Source: Isurus oxyrinchus (Eukaryota). From it: a stretch of 64,000 bases of DNA. The stretch is taken from assembly GCA_026770705.1 (NCBI GenBank), contig JANJGN010000021.1, positions 90,458,001 through 90,522,000 of the forward strand. Reading direction: 5' to 3'. The notes beneath the pieces are model-generated. The model had not been told where the DNA came from and searched no databases. It saw nothing but the letters and a program-made list of their open reading frames with translations. Within the stretch, counting starts at the first letter, position 1. The number at the start of each line of letters is the position of its first letter. This document shows, in pieces, positions 13,501 to 26,900 of this stretch. The translations under genes and the position numbers were made by a program.

Positions 13501-16183
13501 AACAGCAAAAATGTAATCTAAATGAACCTAAGTAGTGTTATCTAATTGGCAGCGAACTGATATCACCGACTTTACTCCATAGCGGAAGTTTTAATCATTC
13601 CATGGAATTAAAATCATCGATGGCCCACAGCAAGCATTCTTGCCTTGGATTTGGTAATGCTTTTCAAACAAATATTGATATGCATTTAATTCTGGTCTTG
13701 CTATTTTAAGTCCCTTTATCATCTTAAACTGGAGATTAATACATGAGCTGCTTCAACTTGAACATTCAGAAGAAGCTTCATCAGTTATAAATTGTGCTAT
13801 TAACCATGACCGCTTTCTGAGAGAACAGAGGATAAATCTCTTTATGTAAATGAGGTTTGTACATGAAAGCAATCCATGTGCCTCAAAGGCACAAAATCAG
13901 AATAAAAGTACGGTTAACTTGGCATGCATATGGAAGATTTTCTGACATGCATATACATAATGTAGAATTGCATAGGCATTTAATGCACAAAAACAGACCC
14001 GTGTACCAAATCTCTCAATGCTGGTATCAATGCTTTCAAAAGCCACCTTCCATAGAATTTTATCTTATCATATGAACATTTGATGTTGCTTTCTCCCTTG
14101 CATAAGTTTGGAGCCTCCCTTATATAAATCGACATGATTCTTCTCACTCAATGAGATTTCCACATGCTCATCTCTGATTTAACCAATGGACAGCAGAAGC
14201 ATGATTATAGATCCTTAGGTGCTTCAAGATGAAACTGTGATTATGAAAAATATTACGTTAAGGCAAACATGCTGACCATATATTTCCCAGTATTTTAAAT
14301 TAAATCCCTGATCTTATTTTTTTTTAAACAATCAAAATGAAATGAGATGGGTAACTTCAATATAACAGTCAACACCTTTATTTACAGAACAGCAAAGACG
14401 TAATGAAATATTAGGTAGCAAAACATTTACATTTGCATCATAGAGCACAACTTGAACATTGACGAAAATAGAGATATGTTGCACAATCTCTTCTGATTCA
14501 CTCATCAGGGCAAGTACAAAAAGACAAAATTTTAAACGATCACAGCAATTTTTAATAGTGGGAAAATTATGTTGATGCGCAGGAAAGTCGAAACTGATAA
14601 CCACAACATGGCCATCCTGAAAGAAATAGAAAACTATACGCTCTGCAAGCTCTGGATATTTGAAAAAAACAAGACTTTAAAATATTCAATTTGTCTTGAG
14701 TTTTGCAAGCATGTGCTGGCTGCGTACAAATTCTACTCTGCCTAAAATGAACAACGAAAGTAATATGTCGTTAGATAGGTTCAGACATGCTTCCCAACGA
14801 TTGGCTTATCGAATCAGGCAGCATGTTTCCTCATTTGTTACCAACTGAAAGAGCAGAGAGCTTTGTAACTCCGCCTAAGCTAGCAAAAGTCAAAACAAAA
14901 TCTCAGCTAATAGATGTGATAAGGTAATTGGGCAGCCCGTGCTGAATAATCCCACGTGTGCTAAAAACTAAACATGTTACTGGCAATCTGGGAGGCTTGT
15001 TGAGAAGTCCATGGACGTTATCTTGGGAGCATCTGTCATTTCCCGTGCAGTGTAGTGCATACGACCACAGTTGGCATGGTAATTCACATTTAGCTAATAC
15101 ATTGGGTGCATGAGTCTAAGATAGATTTTGCATCTTGTTTTATATTTTTGTAATTGTATAGTAAAGTAGACCATTGTTCAAACCATTTGGAATAATTGCA
15201 TTGAATATTCAACCTTGATCACTTTAAACAAAATGTTATTGGTCCATAATCAGTTTTTACCAGCAGGTTGAAAGCCTAGCCCACAATGAATGCATAAGCT
15301 GTCCATTTGTACGGCAGTCAGAACGTCTTTTTAGATCGTCAGGAACATCCTGATAGTGGAAAAGACAACTGTGTGCTAATGCATATTAGTAGCTTGAAAT
15401 CGCTAGCTTCATGTGTTACTCAATTTTAACAAATACTTCACCCTTACAGATAATTTGAGATAGACTGTGCACTTTTCAGGGCCGAGGTGGCGGCCTTTTG
15501 TCCGTTTGTCAAGGAGTGCAACTTATAGAGCAGAATTAAATGGTAGCAATGTCTATTACCCTGGAGGATAGCTTTGATGGCCCTATTTCAGTGTCAGTCT
15601 TGCATAATGAGCAAATGGCTCCGGACCCATTTTCGAGATTGCCAATGCAGACAATTGTATAGTCGGTGGTGCTGTAATAATTCTAATGAATATGTTGATC
15701 AGCGAATGTAGGCTTGCGGTAGAGAGAAGTATTGAACCTATCAGGGGATATGTCGATTGCAGAGTCGAGGGAAGGGAACTCATTTGGCTGCTCAATTTCA
15801 AAGACGAGTATCAGTCTTGGTGGAACGCATGACAGTATGCAAGGAAAGGCATACATGCTGCTGCATATTCAAATATAGCAAACGTATAAAAACATGTTTC
15901 CAAGCCTTGCACATTGGCTTTCAATTAGCTGCGTGCTTAGAAAACCTGCAGCTCCCCTTCCTGTATGTTTATCGATTACATTTATCTTGATATAAATGAA
16001 ATACTCTTCTTTATGCCATAGCCATGTTCTCTGCAAAGACACAGATTCGTTTCAGCAGCGCCCTTAAGTAAAATGCTTCTTCCTCCTTTAAACAAATGCA
16101 AATGATATTCATGCTGTTTTTTAGTGTAAGTCGCTAATGATTTTATTCTATATCTCCAGAAAGCAAGCTTGAAGCAAAGAAGG
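1542..16183 (+). CDS. Putative micro-exon chain (unit 1), one acceptor lost
   Basis: Exons 1542-1565, 2788-2865, 3097-3123, 5433-5456, 6147-6173 (acceptor AG>GG), 12234-12260, 13380-13403 and 16160-16183. Phase-1 peptides: xENMEKFA/DIAWRHSSTTLIYVFSLSVAVDAIKE/ENIFLREQL/AEKIQEGA/DLEEIQPSS/xDGNFQAKF/METLLQLR/ESKLEAKK. Confidence 0.45.
1855..2420 (+). mobile_element. Ancient CR1 LINE endonuclease fragment; copies at ~21555-22120 and ~42210-42770
   Basis: The + frame reads 'WLYLRNNKIYAIVFGIFYRPPN', the CR1 APE G-x-x-YRPP motif, interrupted by stops. Confidence 0.75.
4145..5275. repeat. Recent ~566-bp direct tandem duplication (4145-4710 and 4711-5275)
   Basis: Near-identical blocks from 'gtctcaagctgatttt' to 'gttcaagttatgtca'; single copy in units 2 and 3. 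Confidence 0.95.
8230..8420 (+). mobile_element. LINE/SINE 3' tail ending 'catcccatgaatgaa'; copies at ~26545-26735 and ~48405-48590
   Basis: Same tail as the longer LINE ends at ~12020, ~19460, ~28210, ~39830 and ~53510. Confidence 0.8.
8800..9560 (+). mobile_element. Degenerate L2-type LINE 3' region; copy at ~48930-49720
   Basis: 'catcacccccgtg...tggctcccggtt...tttaaatcc..tggcctc' fits the L2 C-terminal HITP-x-L..LHWLPV region. Confidence 0.6.
10030..10190 (+). mobile_element. DeuSINE (SacSINE1-like) 3' fragment; copy at ~50190-50335
   Basis: 'ggtcattttcacattgc...gtgggagcttgctgtgc.caaaattgg' resembles the Deu-domain/tail, recognised from memory. Confidence 0.55.
11290..12030. mobile_element. 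Fused - strand and + strand LINE 3' fragments
   Basis: Junction near 11520. Unit 3 shows the undeleted arrangement (51440-52330 minus, 52560-53520 plus). Confidence 0.7.
14430..15960. mobile_element. Old Penelope-like element (internally deleted copy)
   Basis: The + frame at ~14780 reads 'SQRLAYRIRQHV...RCDKVIGQPVLNNP' (GIY-YIG region); - strand RT/linker remnant at ~15280-15960. Confidence 0.75.
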
Positions 16184-16429
16184 GTGGGGGTATCATGTGT
16201 TTTTTCTATGTTCCATGCCTTTTGAATTACTTGCAAACATTCTATCTTTATAGGAAAACAAAATGACCTGCAGATCAGATACCCTCAAGTTATGCCCCGG
16301 CCAGAGCATAGCGTCCTTATATAATAGTTGAAATGCATGGTTGCACATCAGCAGTCGGCCTCACATTCATTAATTTCTTGTTTACTGAAATTGGTAGAAA
16401 ATGAAAACAATGCTGGTTCCCTTTCAGAA

Positions 16430-16650
16430 CAAAACCAGAAAATTCTGGAAAAATTCAGTAGTTCTGACAGCAGCTGTGTAGAGAAAGGCAGAACTAACGT
16501 TTCCAGTCCGAATGAATCTTCTTCTGACTCTCCTTTCATCCGGACTCGAAAGGTTAACTCTTTCTCTCCACAGATGCTGTCAGATCTCCTGAGTTTTTTC
16601 AGCATTTTCTGGCTTTGTTTGAGATTTCCAACATCCGCAGTACTTTTCTT
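16430..16650. mobile_element. Short palindromic Penelope-derived element; copies at ~34345-34575 and ~61200-61420
   Basis: Inverted arms 'ccagaaaattctggaaaaattcag' and 'ctgagttttttcagcattttctgg', followed by an 'atttcca.catccgcagt' tail like that at 60301. Confidence 0.75.
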
Positions 16651-17389
16651 TTATCCTGCTGTGCACTCCCTTTTGCTGTAAAGATTAAAAACACACCTGC
16701 ATTTCCTGAGGTCTCAATCGATGTGGAAAAAGTGAATGATTTTGAGGTACAGTTAGCGCTGTAATGTCGGCAACACAGCAACCAATTCACTCAGAGCCAG
16801 TTGCCACAAATAGCAATTAAAAATGACCAGATCATCTGTTCTAGTGATGTTGTATGTCAGCATAAATTTTTGGTCAGATCACCGGTAGTGAATTGCCAAG
16901 GAAATATTGGAAAAGGTTCCAGCGGACAGTTATGCCTACCTAGAAAGTCAGATTGTACATCGTGTTAGTGCCTCATGCAAAATATGGTTTTGTCCCTGAT
17001 GTTCCCATCGAAAGTCGTTGGAAGTCTGCAAGTTTCCCTTATGCAGCGTCTTTTGTGAGTTAAGTTAGACATGTTGCAGTATATTAGTGAAGACACATTC
17101 ACCCACAAAAAAAAACAAAAAAATATATAGAAGGGGCAATTTTAATATTCGGCTTTAAAATAGCGAAAAAATGCCAAAAAGTGATTATGGATAGCTATCA
17201 CGTATAAATCCCTGCTCGCCTTTATTTCCATTGATGCTCACTAAAACCAAAGTCTCAACTGAAGTGACCGATTTTTTATCATCCATTCTTTATTTCCCGA
17301 AGATTCAAGATTACCTTACTGTCTGATAGAGCACTTAGCTTTCCGACAGAAATACGAAATTTAGTTACTACCAACTAAGCATGTTTTAA

Positions 17390-18205
17390 ACTCTGTCCAC
17401 CCTGTCCTTGCCTCTCATAATCTTATACACCTCGAACAGTGTTCTCTGCTCCAACAAAAACAACACAATCTATCCAACCTCTCTTCAAAACTTAAATGTT
17501 TCTTGCCAGGCAACATTCTGGTGAGTCTCCTCTGAACACCTTCCAGAGCAATCAGATGCTTACTATAAGGTGGCTACCCGAACTGCACACAGTTCTCCAG
17601 CTGTGGCCTCACTAAGGTTCTATACACCTCCAACATGACGTCCCTACTTTTGTAATCTGTGCCTCGACTGATAAAATCAAGGGTCCCATATGCCTTTTTC
17701 CCCATCCCAGTAACATGCCCTTCAGAGATGTATGGACAAATGCACCAAGGTCCCTTGTTCCTCAGGTCTTGCCAGTGTCATACCGTTCATTGAATACTTC
17801 CTTGTGAAATTATCCCTTCCAAAGTGGCACACCTCACAATTTTCACTGTTAAATTCCATCTGCACTTATCTGCCCATTTGACCACCCCGTCTATATCTTC
17901 ATGCATCCAAGACACTCAACCTCACTCTTAATCACCTGGTCAATCTTTATGTCATCCGCAAACATACTTATCTTACCCCCCACATAGTCATGTACGTCAT
18001 TTATCTAAACGACAAATAATTCAGGACGCAACACAGTTCCCAGTGGTACACTACTGGACACTGGCTTCCATTCGTTAAAGCATTGTTCTGTCATCAAACT
18101 CTGCCTCCTACAACTAATCCAATTTTGAATCAATCTTTCCAAATTATCCTGTATCCCATGTGCAATTGCCTTCTTTATAAGTCTCCCATGTGGGAACTTG
18201 TCAAA
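17390..18205 (-). mobile_element. CR1 LINE RT fragment (5'- and 3'-truncated)
   Basis: ORF 18005-18262 'FDKFPHGRLIKK..AHGIQ.NL..LIQNW...RRQ...VPLGTVLRPELF'. Confidence 0.85.
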
Positions 18206-18449
18206 GGAGTGTCGTGTGAGAGGGTATGGTCTTAAATTGATGGGTGGTCGGGGGACAGTCAATTCAAGTTAGAGAGCTAGTCTAGAAGTCATTGTCAATT
18301 GGGTCGAGTCCAAGATTTGCTGAGCGGTCAGGTGGACGAGTTGGGTCGTGGGTTTCCCTGAGACCCTGAGTGATCGGGTGGGTCTGGTGGTCGGGTGGCA
18401 GTGAGATCGGGTTGGGATTTGTTGAGGAAAATTCTGCGCTCGTTGGAGT

Positions 18450-19465
18450 CATACCTAGCACAAAGGATGATGCCTGTGGTTGTGGGATGTTAATCATCTC
18501 AGTTCCAAAACAACCCCACAGAATCTGTTAAGGGTAGTGTCCTAGGCCAACACATTTTCACCTGCTTCATCAATGACCTTCCTTACATCAGTGAATCAGA
18601 AGGGGTGATGCTCGCTGACGATTGCACAATGTTAAGCAACATTCATGCCACCTGAGATACTGAAGCAGCTCATGCCCACACGCACCAAAATCTGGACAAT
18701 ATGCAGGTTAGAGCTGATATATGGCAAGTAACATTCGTGCTACACAAGTGCCAGGCATTGGCCTTCTCCAACAAAAGAGAATCTAAGCATCGCTCCTTGA
18801 CATTCAGTGGTGTTGCCAACGCTGCATCTGACACTATCAACTTCCATGAGGTTTCAATTGAACTTAAAATGCACTGGCTAACTACATTGGTACTGTGGCT
18901 ACAAGAGCAGGTCAGAGGCTCGGAATTCTGTGGCGTGTAGCTCATCTCCTGACTCCCCAAATACTGGGCACTTTCTGCAAGGCAGAAGTCGGGAGTGTGA
19001 TGGAATACTTTGCACTTGACTGGTGAGTGAAGCTCCAACAACACTCAAGAATCTTGTCACCATCCAGGACAGAGCAACGCATTTGACTGGGGCCCTATCC
19101 ACAAACATTCACTCCTTCCACCACTGACGCACCGTGGCAGCTTTGTGCACTATTTGCACGGTCACTGCAGGATCGCACCAATCGTCCTTGTCTTTCCGTG
19201 AAAGACAAGTGCAGCAGGCGCATGGGTACAGCAGCACCTAGAATTCCCATCCAAGTCACTCACCATCCTGGCGTGGAAATATATCGCCATTCCTTCCCTG
19301 ACTCTGCGTAAAAATTCTCGAATTCACTCCCTCACAGCATTTTGGAAAAGTCAACACCACATGCAGAGAAGGCAGTTCACAAACACTTTCTCAATGGCAA
19401 CAAGGAATGGCCCATAAATCCTGAGCTATCCAGTGAACCCCACATCCAATCAATGAATAAATAAA
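18450..19465 (+). mobile_element. LINE RT C-terminus plus 3' tail; copy at ~38790-39840
   Basis: 'FINDLP...MLADDCT' RT motif; 'WQVTF..KCQA' (ORF 18701); GAATAAA tail. Confidence 0.85.
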
Positions 19466-19599
19466 TGTACGAAGATGGATATAATTAAGTGCAGCTTGCA
19501 CAAATTATTAAGCAGAGAGAAAAGCGATGAAAAGATGCCATTTAAAATATCAAAAGGCAAGTTTCTTGCAACTAAAAACCCTTGCACATAATTTAAATT

Positions 19600-19800
19600 T
19601 AAATAAAAACAGGAGCTTCTGGGAAAGCTCAGCTATTGTGGTATCTTAAGTAGAACGAGAAACAGGTTTAATACGCCGAACCCAACTTGACTCGTCGTCG
19701 AAACACATTGGACTCATATTGGTCTTGAAGCACTAACTCAGTTTCTCTATCCACAGATGCCACCAGCACTCCTGAGTTTTTCCGTCAGTTATTTTTATTA
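19600..19800. mobile_element. Degenerate palindromic Penelope-derived element; copy at ~39990-40190
   Basis: 'taactcagtttctctatccacagatgc...ctgagttttt' arm with a decayed inverted partner. Confidence 0.6.
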
Positions 19801-20309
19801 TTTAGAATTTAAATTAATTGAAACACCGTGCCTTTATTTTACATTCAATTTTAACTGGTGTCACTCATATGAAATTCATGAAATCGCATGGATAGCAGCA
19901 TATGCCTTCCTCATGGTTTGATATACAAGTTATTTCTGACGAAGGATTTTTTCAAAGCATGCTAATGTTTAAAATTGCCCCCAGCATACAGCGGTGGGTG
20001 CATATCAAACTTATTGGGACTTATACTGATTCTATAGAAATGAATTGAAGGGAACAACAAAACAATCCCGATCTATCCATTCTAACCCAACTGATTCTCA
20101 TACACAAGCTACTGCTCAGAAAATCGCTGTTGTGTAAGTGCAGGATCATCTATTCTGATGCAATTTTTATACCCGTATATTTAAGGTACATGCAAAAATT
20201 AATCGTTCAATCAGAAATTCATCGCTCTCCCAACACTCACCTAACAACCATTTAGCTTATTGTAATTATTTTCATTTTTGCCGAGTACCTTGGGTTCATA
20301 CTAATCATT

Positions 20310-20900
20310 GTCTTGGAAAGGTGATATCGTTCCAATTCAGGATGATATATGAACTCAAGGGGAATTTTCAGCTGCTATGTTCTGGATGCCTGCTGCCCTC
20401 ATCCTGCTAGACAGGTGCTGTTCGAACAGGCTTAGTGAGTTACATCAGTGCATCCTCCAGAGTGTAAGTACTGCTGTAAAAGGGCATCGTCAGAGTAGGG
20501 AATAAATGCATAATGAGGTATAAGGAGCACCAGTCACGACGGTTGCATGGCCCCGGATATGTCCAGATTCTTGAGTATTCCTGGGATTTCACTCATACAG
20601 GCAAGTGGACAGAACTCTATGTCATTCCTAACGTGAGACTTGCAGATAGTGAGCAGGATTTGAAGTGCCAGGGGTTGCATTCTTCGGTGCAGAATTCCCA
20701 GCCTCTGACCTGCTCTTGCAGGTTGTTTTTTTTTTTTATTGCATGTTCAGTTAAACTTCAGGTCAATGGCAATACCAGGGATGAAAATGATGAGGGATTA
20801 AATCTTCGTAATGCCGTTGAACATCAAGGATCCATTGTTAGATTCTATTGCTGGAACTGGACATTTCTGGTCACTTGTGCAACCCTGTTATTATCGTCAC
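20310..20900 (-). mobile_element. LINE 3' region, minus strand
   Basis: Reverse-complement similarity to 18700-19300. Confidence 0.65.
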
Positions 20901-23900
20901 TTACCAGCACAAGTATAATATTTATCACACTTTGACATCAGAAGAACAGGAATACCTAGAATTGTAGAAGCAGAAATAAGCAAAGAATAAGAAGAATAAG
21001 TGGGCATGAGAAAATTTTAGCTAAAGGGAAAAGGTACTCAGGCATCTATTGTTTTCTGTCTTATTCTGTCACGTGTTCACTCTTTACATACCACTCATAA
21101 TGTACAATCTGCAAACACCAAAAATTTTGTTTTCATTTTTACTTGACTTCATGGTCCTAAACCAATAACTTTCAAAACCAGTTCGGAATATTGGACATTT
21201 AGTCAAAATTGAAATGAATTTCGATCTTTTCTTCTCTCTTTCTGCAGAAGAAAATATGGAAAAATGTTCAGGTAATGGGAGTTTTGTAATAATGGATTCA
21301 TTATTTTCCTTTTATCCTTCGTTTCCTTGTAAAAAAAATAGAAAGTTAAATTTCGACTTACCAGCTAATCATACATGAAAACTCAATTTTCAGTAATTTC
21401 TAGGTTTCCCTTATTTTAGCTGTTACAAAAAATGTTCTCAGTACAATTCTTGCTCTTCCCACCACTAAATTAAATCAAAACAAATTGAGCCAAGTTTGAC
21501 ATGAGTGTTCTTTATCCTCTGTTTTCCTCTCAATTAGTTCTTTAACATTCCCAGTTGGTTGGCATTCTCCGAAGTCAGCAAAATAAAATAGGATGAGTCA
21601 TAGCAATTTTGAACAAGGTAAATTTTAGGATACTGGAATGAAATAAAGTTTCTGATGGCATAAAAGCATGAGCTGTATTTTTGGTTATTTTTGTGAAACA
21701 ATAAAGTATATACCTCCATATGTATTTTATTTTATAGACCTCCAAATTATCTGAACGTGGCAGTGAGAAATTCATGAGAAATGCAAGAGTAATAGAGTAG
21801 TGCTTTTCTTCCATTCACTTTGGTCGGGGGAATATAGCAGGAATTAATTAAAGCGGAACTACTTAGAATACCCAGGCAGTCATTGCCATGAAGTGCATTA
21901 GCATTTAAGGGTTACCAGGTGAACTTTGTGCACCGTTCGATCATGCAATCACCAGAAAGATCCTGGGAAGTAGAATGGAGATGGAGGATGGGAGCAATAT
22001 AGATTAAGTTTCAGGGGAACCAGACTGGAGACAATGTTTGAAAATAAGATAGATTAATTTTGCTCTCCAACATATAAGGGAAGGCTAGATTTTTCCAGCT
22101 CAGCTTGGGGAAGAATGCTCTCTCTGTGTGTAAGGGAATATATGTACCCATATGTTGACAACATAGGAATCTGAACAATGTTCTTGTACGTGACCAGTAA
22201 CGTATCAATATGCTGAAGTCTTGTAATTTAGCAGAGTGATTCCTCAAGCTGATTTAAGCTGGTTCTGTCTTTGAAATTGGTCGATTGGGTGATCAAAAGA
22301 CTTACCTGAGCCTCCTGTGGTTTCTTTGTCAAATATATCATAACAACTTTTTCCATTGTCCTTCAGAGTGGTTTTATTTTTTCGGGATGCTGCCCTAATC
22401 GCAATTATTTACTATCTTTGAAATGTCTGATGCCATCTATAAATGCACCTATCTCGTATTCTTCTTAGAAGCATGCAGACATAGCATGGAGGCATAGCAC
22501 AACCATCTTGATATGCATGTTTTTATTATGAGTTACAGTGGATGCAATCAAAGAGGGTAAGCTGGATATATGTGGTAAGTTTAGACTTTTGTTTTATTTG
22601 GCTTCAGACCTAATCGTCACCAACAATTTAAGAAATATATATTTTGAAAGTGCCTATGCGGTACATAGTATTTAACATCAATGCTGAGATATATTCCTCA
22701 CCACCATATAGAAACTTTGATTGTCAGCCAAAATGCAACTATTGCATTTATTTTTAATTGAATCCAATACACGTTTGTCCAATTGATTCTTTTTTAATAT
22801 ATTTCAAAGAATATTGTCCTGCGGGACCAGCTTGGTAAAGTGATCATTTGAATAAAGAAATTGCTACTCATTTTTGTAACTGTCGAAGTGCCAACCTTCT
22901 TTAATCATTTGTTTGTAATAACAGTGATGAAATTGAAGGATATAAAAAAATGACTTGTCTGAAATCTGCCAGAATTGCACTCGAAATCGAGTGGCTTATT
23001 TGAAAATGTTGATTAAATTACAAAATATATCACAAATTAACATTCACGATCTTATTGCACTCATCGTGAATCCACCCCAAAGTGCAAGAAAGCGGAAAAG
23101 TCCATCTAATTGCCAGACATGACATATTTTGAGGTTTCCCAGTAAGAAGAACCCAGAGCAAATAAGTAAAATTCTGATAAAACATGCAATGCAATTTATG
23201 CATCAGTACATTAGCGTGAGTTGGTACAATTTAGCACAGCACAAACCATCTGCTTCCAAAGTGATTACTGCCCTTCGAGGAATTTCTCTACACAACTCAA
23301 ACATCTGGGACGTTACTTGCCTATTTACAGGCTAAGTGGATGAGTTTTTGCTTTCGTGGCAATTTTGTTCTGTTGAAGTAATCTATGTAACCAATTGCAT
23401 TGCTCTAAAGAAAATGCTGGGATAAACCATTCAATCTAAGCAGCTGAGGTGACCTAATTCCGCCTGAAAATTTGGTGCAAAAAATGACAACTGGCAGAAC
23501 CTGATATGGGTTGCGCCAGATTTTGCTGCTCGACAGCTTAAGGCCAGCCTGCCAATTTAGGGGTACTATGAGGTGAAATCAAGCGGCATAGCTGTTGACC
23601 CTTTGAATATATAACTGAATGGCTTAACGGCTGTTAAAATGCCCCTATGACAAAATTGACACATTATCTTCGCGGGTTTCAGATGGACCCTGCTGAGTTT
23701 TTGTTCTCAGAACACCCATGTACAGAAAGTGTGAATATATTTTAATTTATTTTAAATTTGAGTTCTCCTGGAGGCAGCAGGAACAGGAATGGTCCATGCC
23801 GACCGCATATTAGTAATGACTGAGTTGTTGTCAGCCATTCCACTGTAAGCTTCAACAGCCTTTTGGTACTTGGCATACCGCCTGTCCTGGCGCCTGTTTT

Positions 23901-26900
23901 TCTGTACATCAAGCTGATTGTGGTAGCGGTGTGGACAACTGTGTGCAATTTCTGTTGATTCCATGTCATTTTTTTTGGAGAGTACACCACAGTGTATCTT
24001 ATCTTTTTCAGTATGGTGCTCACCTGTGTCTATCTGTGTATGTGTCTGTGTGTGTGTGCTGACCGTACTAAATGAGGTGGGGGGGTGGGGGGTGGAGTTT
24101 GTTGGTGAACAGAAAAGGAACGCTAGTTTCCTATCCCCACATGTCCTTATTAAAATAGAGTTAAGTGATTAAAGGACTTATGGATACTGGGGTAATATTG
24201 TAAACTGTGTTTAATGATGGGCCGTGTTAACTTTTGATCCTCAGCTACATTTCCGCTGTTCTAACTATTCTGTATCAAAAAATAAGGATTAATGTTTGAG
24301 TTAATGGATAATTACTTTCACACATTGTTCAATTTCATGTTAAAGTGTGTTCTACAAACTGTTTTAGTCAATGAGGCAAAACGATAGTGTCAGAATTTAC
24401 GTAATGTTATTGACAGGGCGATGCAGAGTAATTTATGCACAGGAGTTTTCCATCATCTCATGTGCATCGTAATTATGCCAATATATAACACAGCAAAAAC
24501 TGTGATGTATCCTTGCTTTCCGGTTCAAGTTATCTCACCTGTAAAACATGCTTCTGCGAATCAATTAAATTAAAATTATGAAGGATTGAAGCATTAAGCT
24601 TACCAAATTAAACTAATCATATGACAACAAACTGATTCATCTGCAAATATAAATAACTGGATGGTTAATTTGTGCTTTGCTTTGGAATGTTTCACCAGTT
24701 GAAAAGATGCAGGAAATCTCAGGTAATCGACAAACAGATGTTTCACTATCCCCATTAAGAGGTGAAAACATCGTGCATATTACATTAATTCAATGTGTGT
24801 ATTCCTGCTCATTAACATGCATCCATGGCTTAGTATGGTGCAAAATAGCTGTTACCCGTGTTCATAAGAAATTACATCCCTTTCCTAATTTAAGGATTGC
24901 ACGTTTTCCTCTGCAACCCTGGATCAAACTTTCTCAAGCATTCTATTAAAGAAAGACACATGAAAAATTTACCTCAGCCTCAAAAATTTTGGCGGATTAC
25001 GAATTGGATTGGAGAACACCAGCTTTCCTTCTGCGTTCTCCTGCAAACACAAATACTCAAACCAGGGAGCAACATGAACATTGGAAGAGCAAACAATTAT
25101 TAAGCAGCTTTGACAGTTTAAATGTTATATTTTCCATATCATGCACTTCAAACTGTTCAAAAAAAGCTCGAAATAATAAGGACGACCCGCTTTTTCATCA
25201 TGTGAAATCAAATAATATTACTTTTTGCTGAAAAGTTACGATGTCCAATATTATTGAGTTGATGTCTGAGCATTTATTGTGCAAAGTACAGCTCAGCTAA
25301 AATTTATGTTATGACTACTGCTTAAATTAGTCAAAACCTTCTCCCCATTTTTACGCTTTTTTTTGATTCAGCAGAACAGCAACTCATGAAATGGCCTTTT
25401 AAATTATTAAGAATATAATAATTTAAGAAACTCATTTGTTCTCAGATTTGGAGGAAATACAAGCGTCATCAATTAAGAATGAGATATATTCAGATTGTAT
25501 CTAATAGCGCAACATAATTTTCATTATTCAAAACATTGATCTTAACAATTTATGCCAGATACCTGTAATCACTCTTACTCATCAATTTGCATCCCAGCAA
25601 TCAGAAGAGAAAAGCCTTGAAAGTTGAGACAATAGTCTGTAGAATTTTGGAAAGCGTAATCTGGCTTACTTTATTGTAAACTACATGAGCCTCCAGAAAC
25701 AGCAGCTTAGATGAATTGCTAAAAAAACACGATTTTTTTTTCCATGCACTAAATGAGGAATACCATATTTGTTCCAGTTTATATATATCAAGAGCATTCA
25801 CAACCCGTTTCCTACATTTCTGGGCTCACGACCGAGTATTGTTCATGTTACATAATCAGAAAATCAATAGTTGCGATAAAGTACAACTTTAATATCAGCT
25901 ACAACAAAGATAGAGCTTAAGGATATACTAGGCAATCCACTCAGCTCATATTACGTCTATTTCAAAAATAGGCTCCTTCAGAACTCTGACCCTTCAAAGA
26001 TAGAATTCAAGCCCCTTTTCGACAGAGACTTGGCCAAACATTTTCGGATCTCAGCCTCAACCGTTGTTCCACCGGTAAGGTCTTAAATAAATGGTGCATT
26101 CCTCTGGAACTTCTTATCTTTGACGTGCTCGGCTCGGAGAAGGTGTATTCAACTTATATCCGAAGCCTCATTGACAATCCTGACAATTGTCTGGCTAGAC
26201 TTGCGTTTTAGAATACTGAAACAGCGACAATAATTTTTTTCTTCCCCTGACAGGCACTCCCATGCCAGGTCTTCCTGTTCAATTTTGTTTATATGACGCC
26301 ACAACTTCTGATCTTTCTTCACATCAGCTAGGTGTCATGCTACGGAACCCATACTTGAAGAGGAAAGTGTCCAAAACATTTCCCTGCACAGGGAACAGCT
26401 GTCTCACTACCGCGGGGTGACTCACAAAATATTTTTTATTTAAAATGCATGCTTGTCCATGGCTCAGGCGCAAATCCTGAGGACCACACAGCACACAGCC
26501 TCCATCACGAGCCCCCTCCCCCGCCACCCCGCAATACCCCAGTATTGCTGTGGCAGGGTCGATGCTTTGGAACTCCTTCGCAAACAGCACTGTGGATGTA
26601 CTTGCACCATATGGACTGCAGCAGTCCAAAAAGTGAGCTCACCACCACTTTTTCAAGGGCAGTAAGGGACGGTGTATAAAAGTGGGCCAACCCAACGTCC
26701 AAAACATCTCATGAATGAACCAAAAATAAAAAAAGAAATGGTACAAAAGTGTATGCTGTTCTGATAACATGTTCATGCAAGACATTTGGCGCATACCTTA
26801 AAAGCTTTTCAAGCACACATTTTGGAAGGATTTGAGGAAACCATTCTTTGACGCAATGTATGGTAATGCCTTGGAAGCAGAGCCATACCACAATTGTCCC

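Larger units (their letters stand above)
1220..20925. repeat. Unit 1 of a ~20-kb tandem segmental duplication
   Basis: Collinear anchors recur in order, e.g. 'cacac.ttt...agaag' at 1220/20926/41585, 'atgcaatcaaagagggtaag' at ~2851/22542/43190 and 'ctgcaaagacacagattc' at ~16030/33963/60801. Confidence 0.92.
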
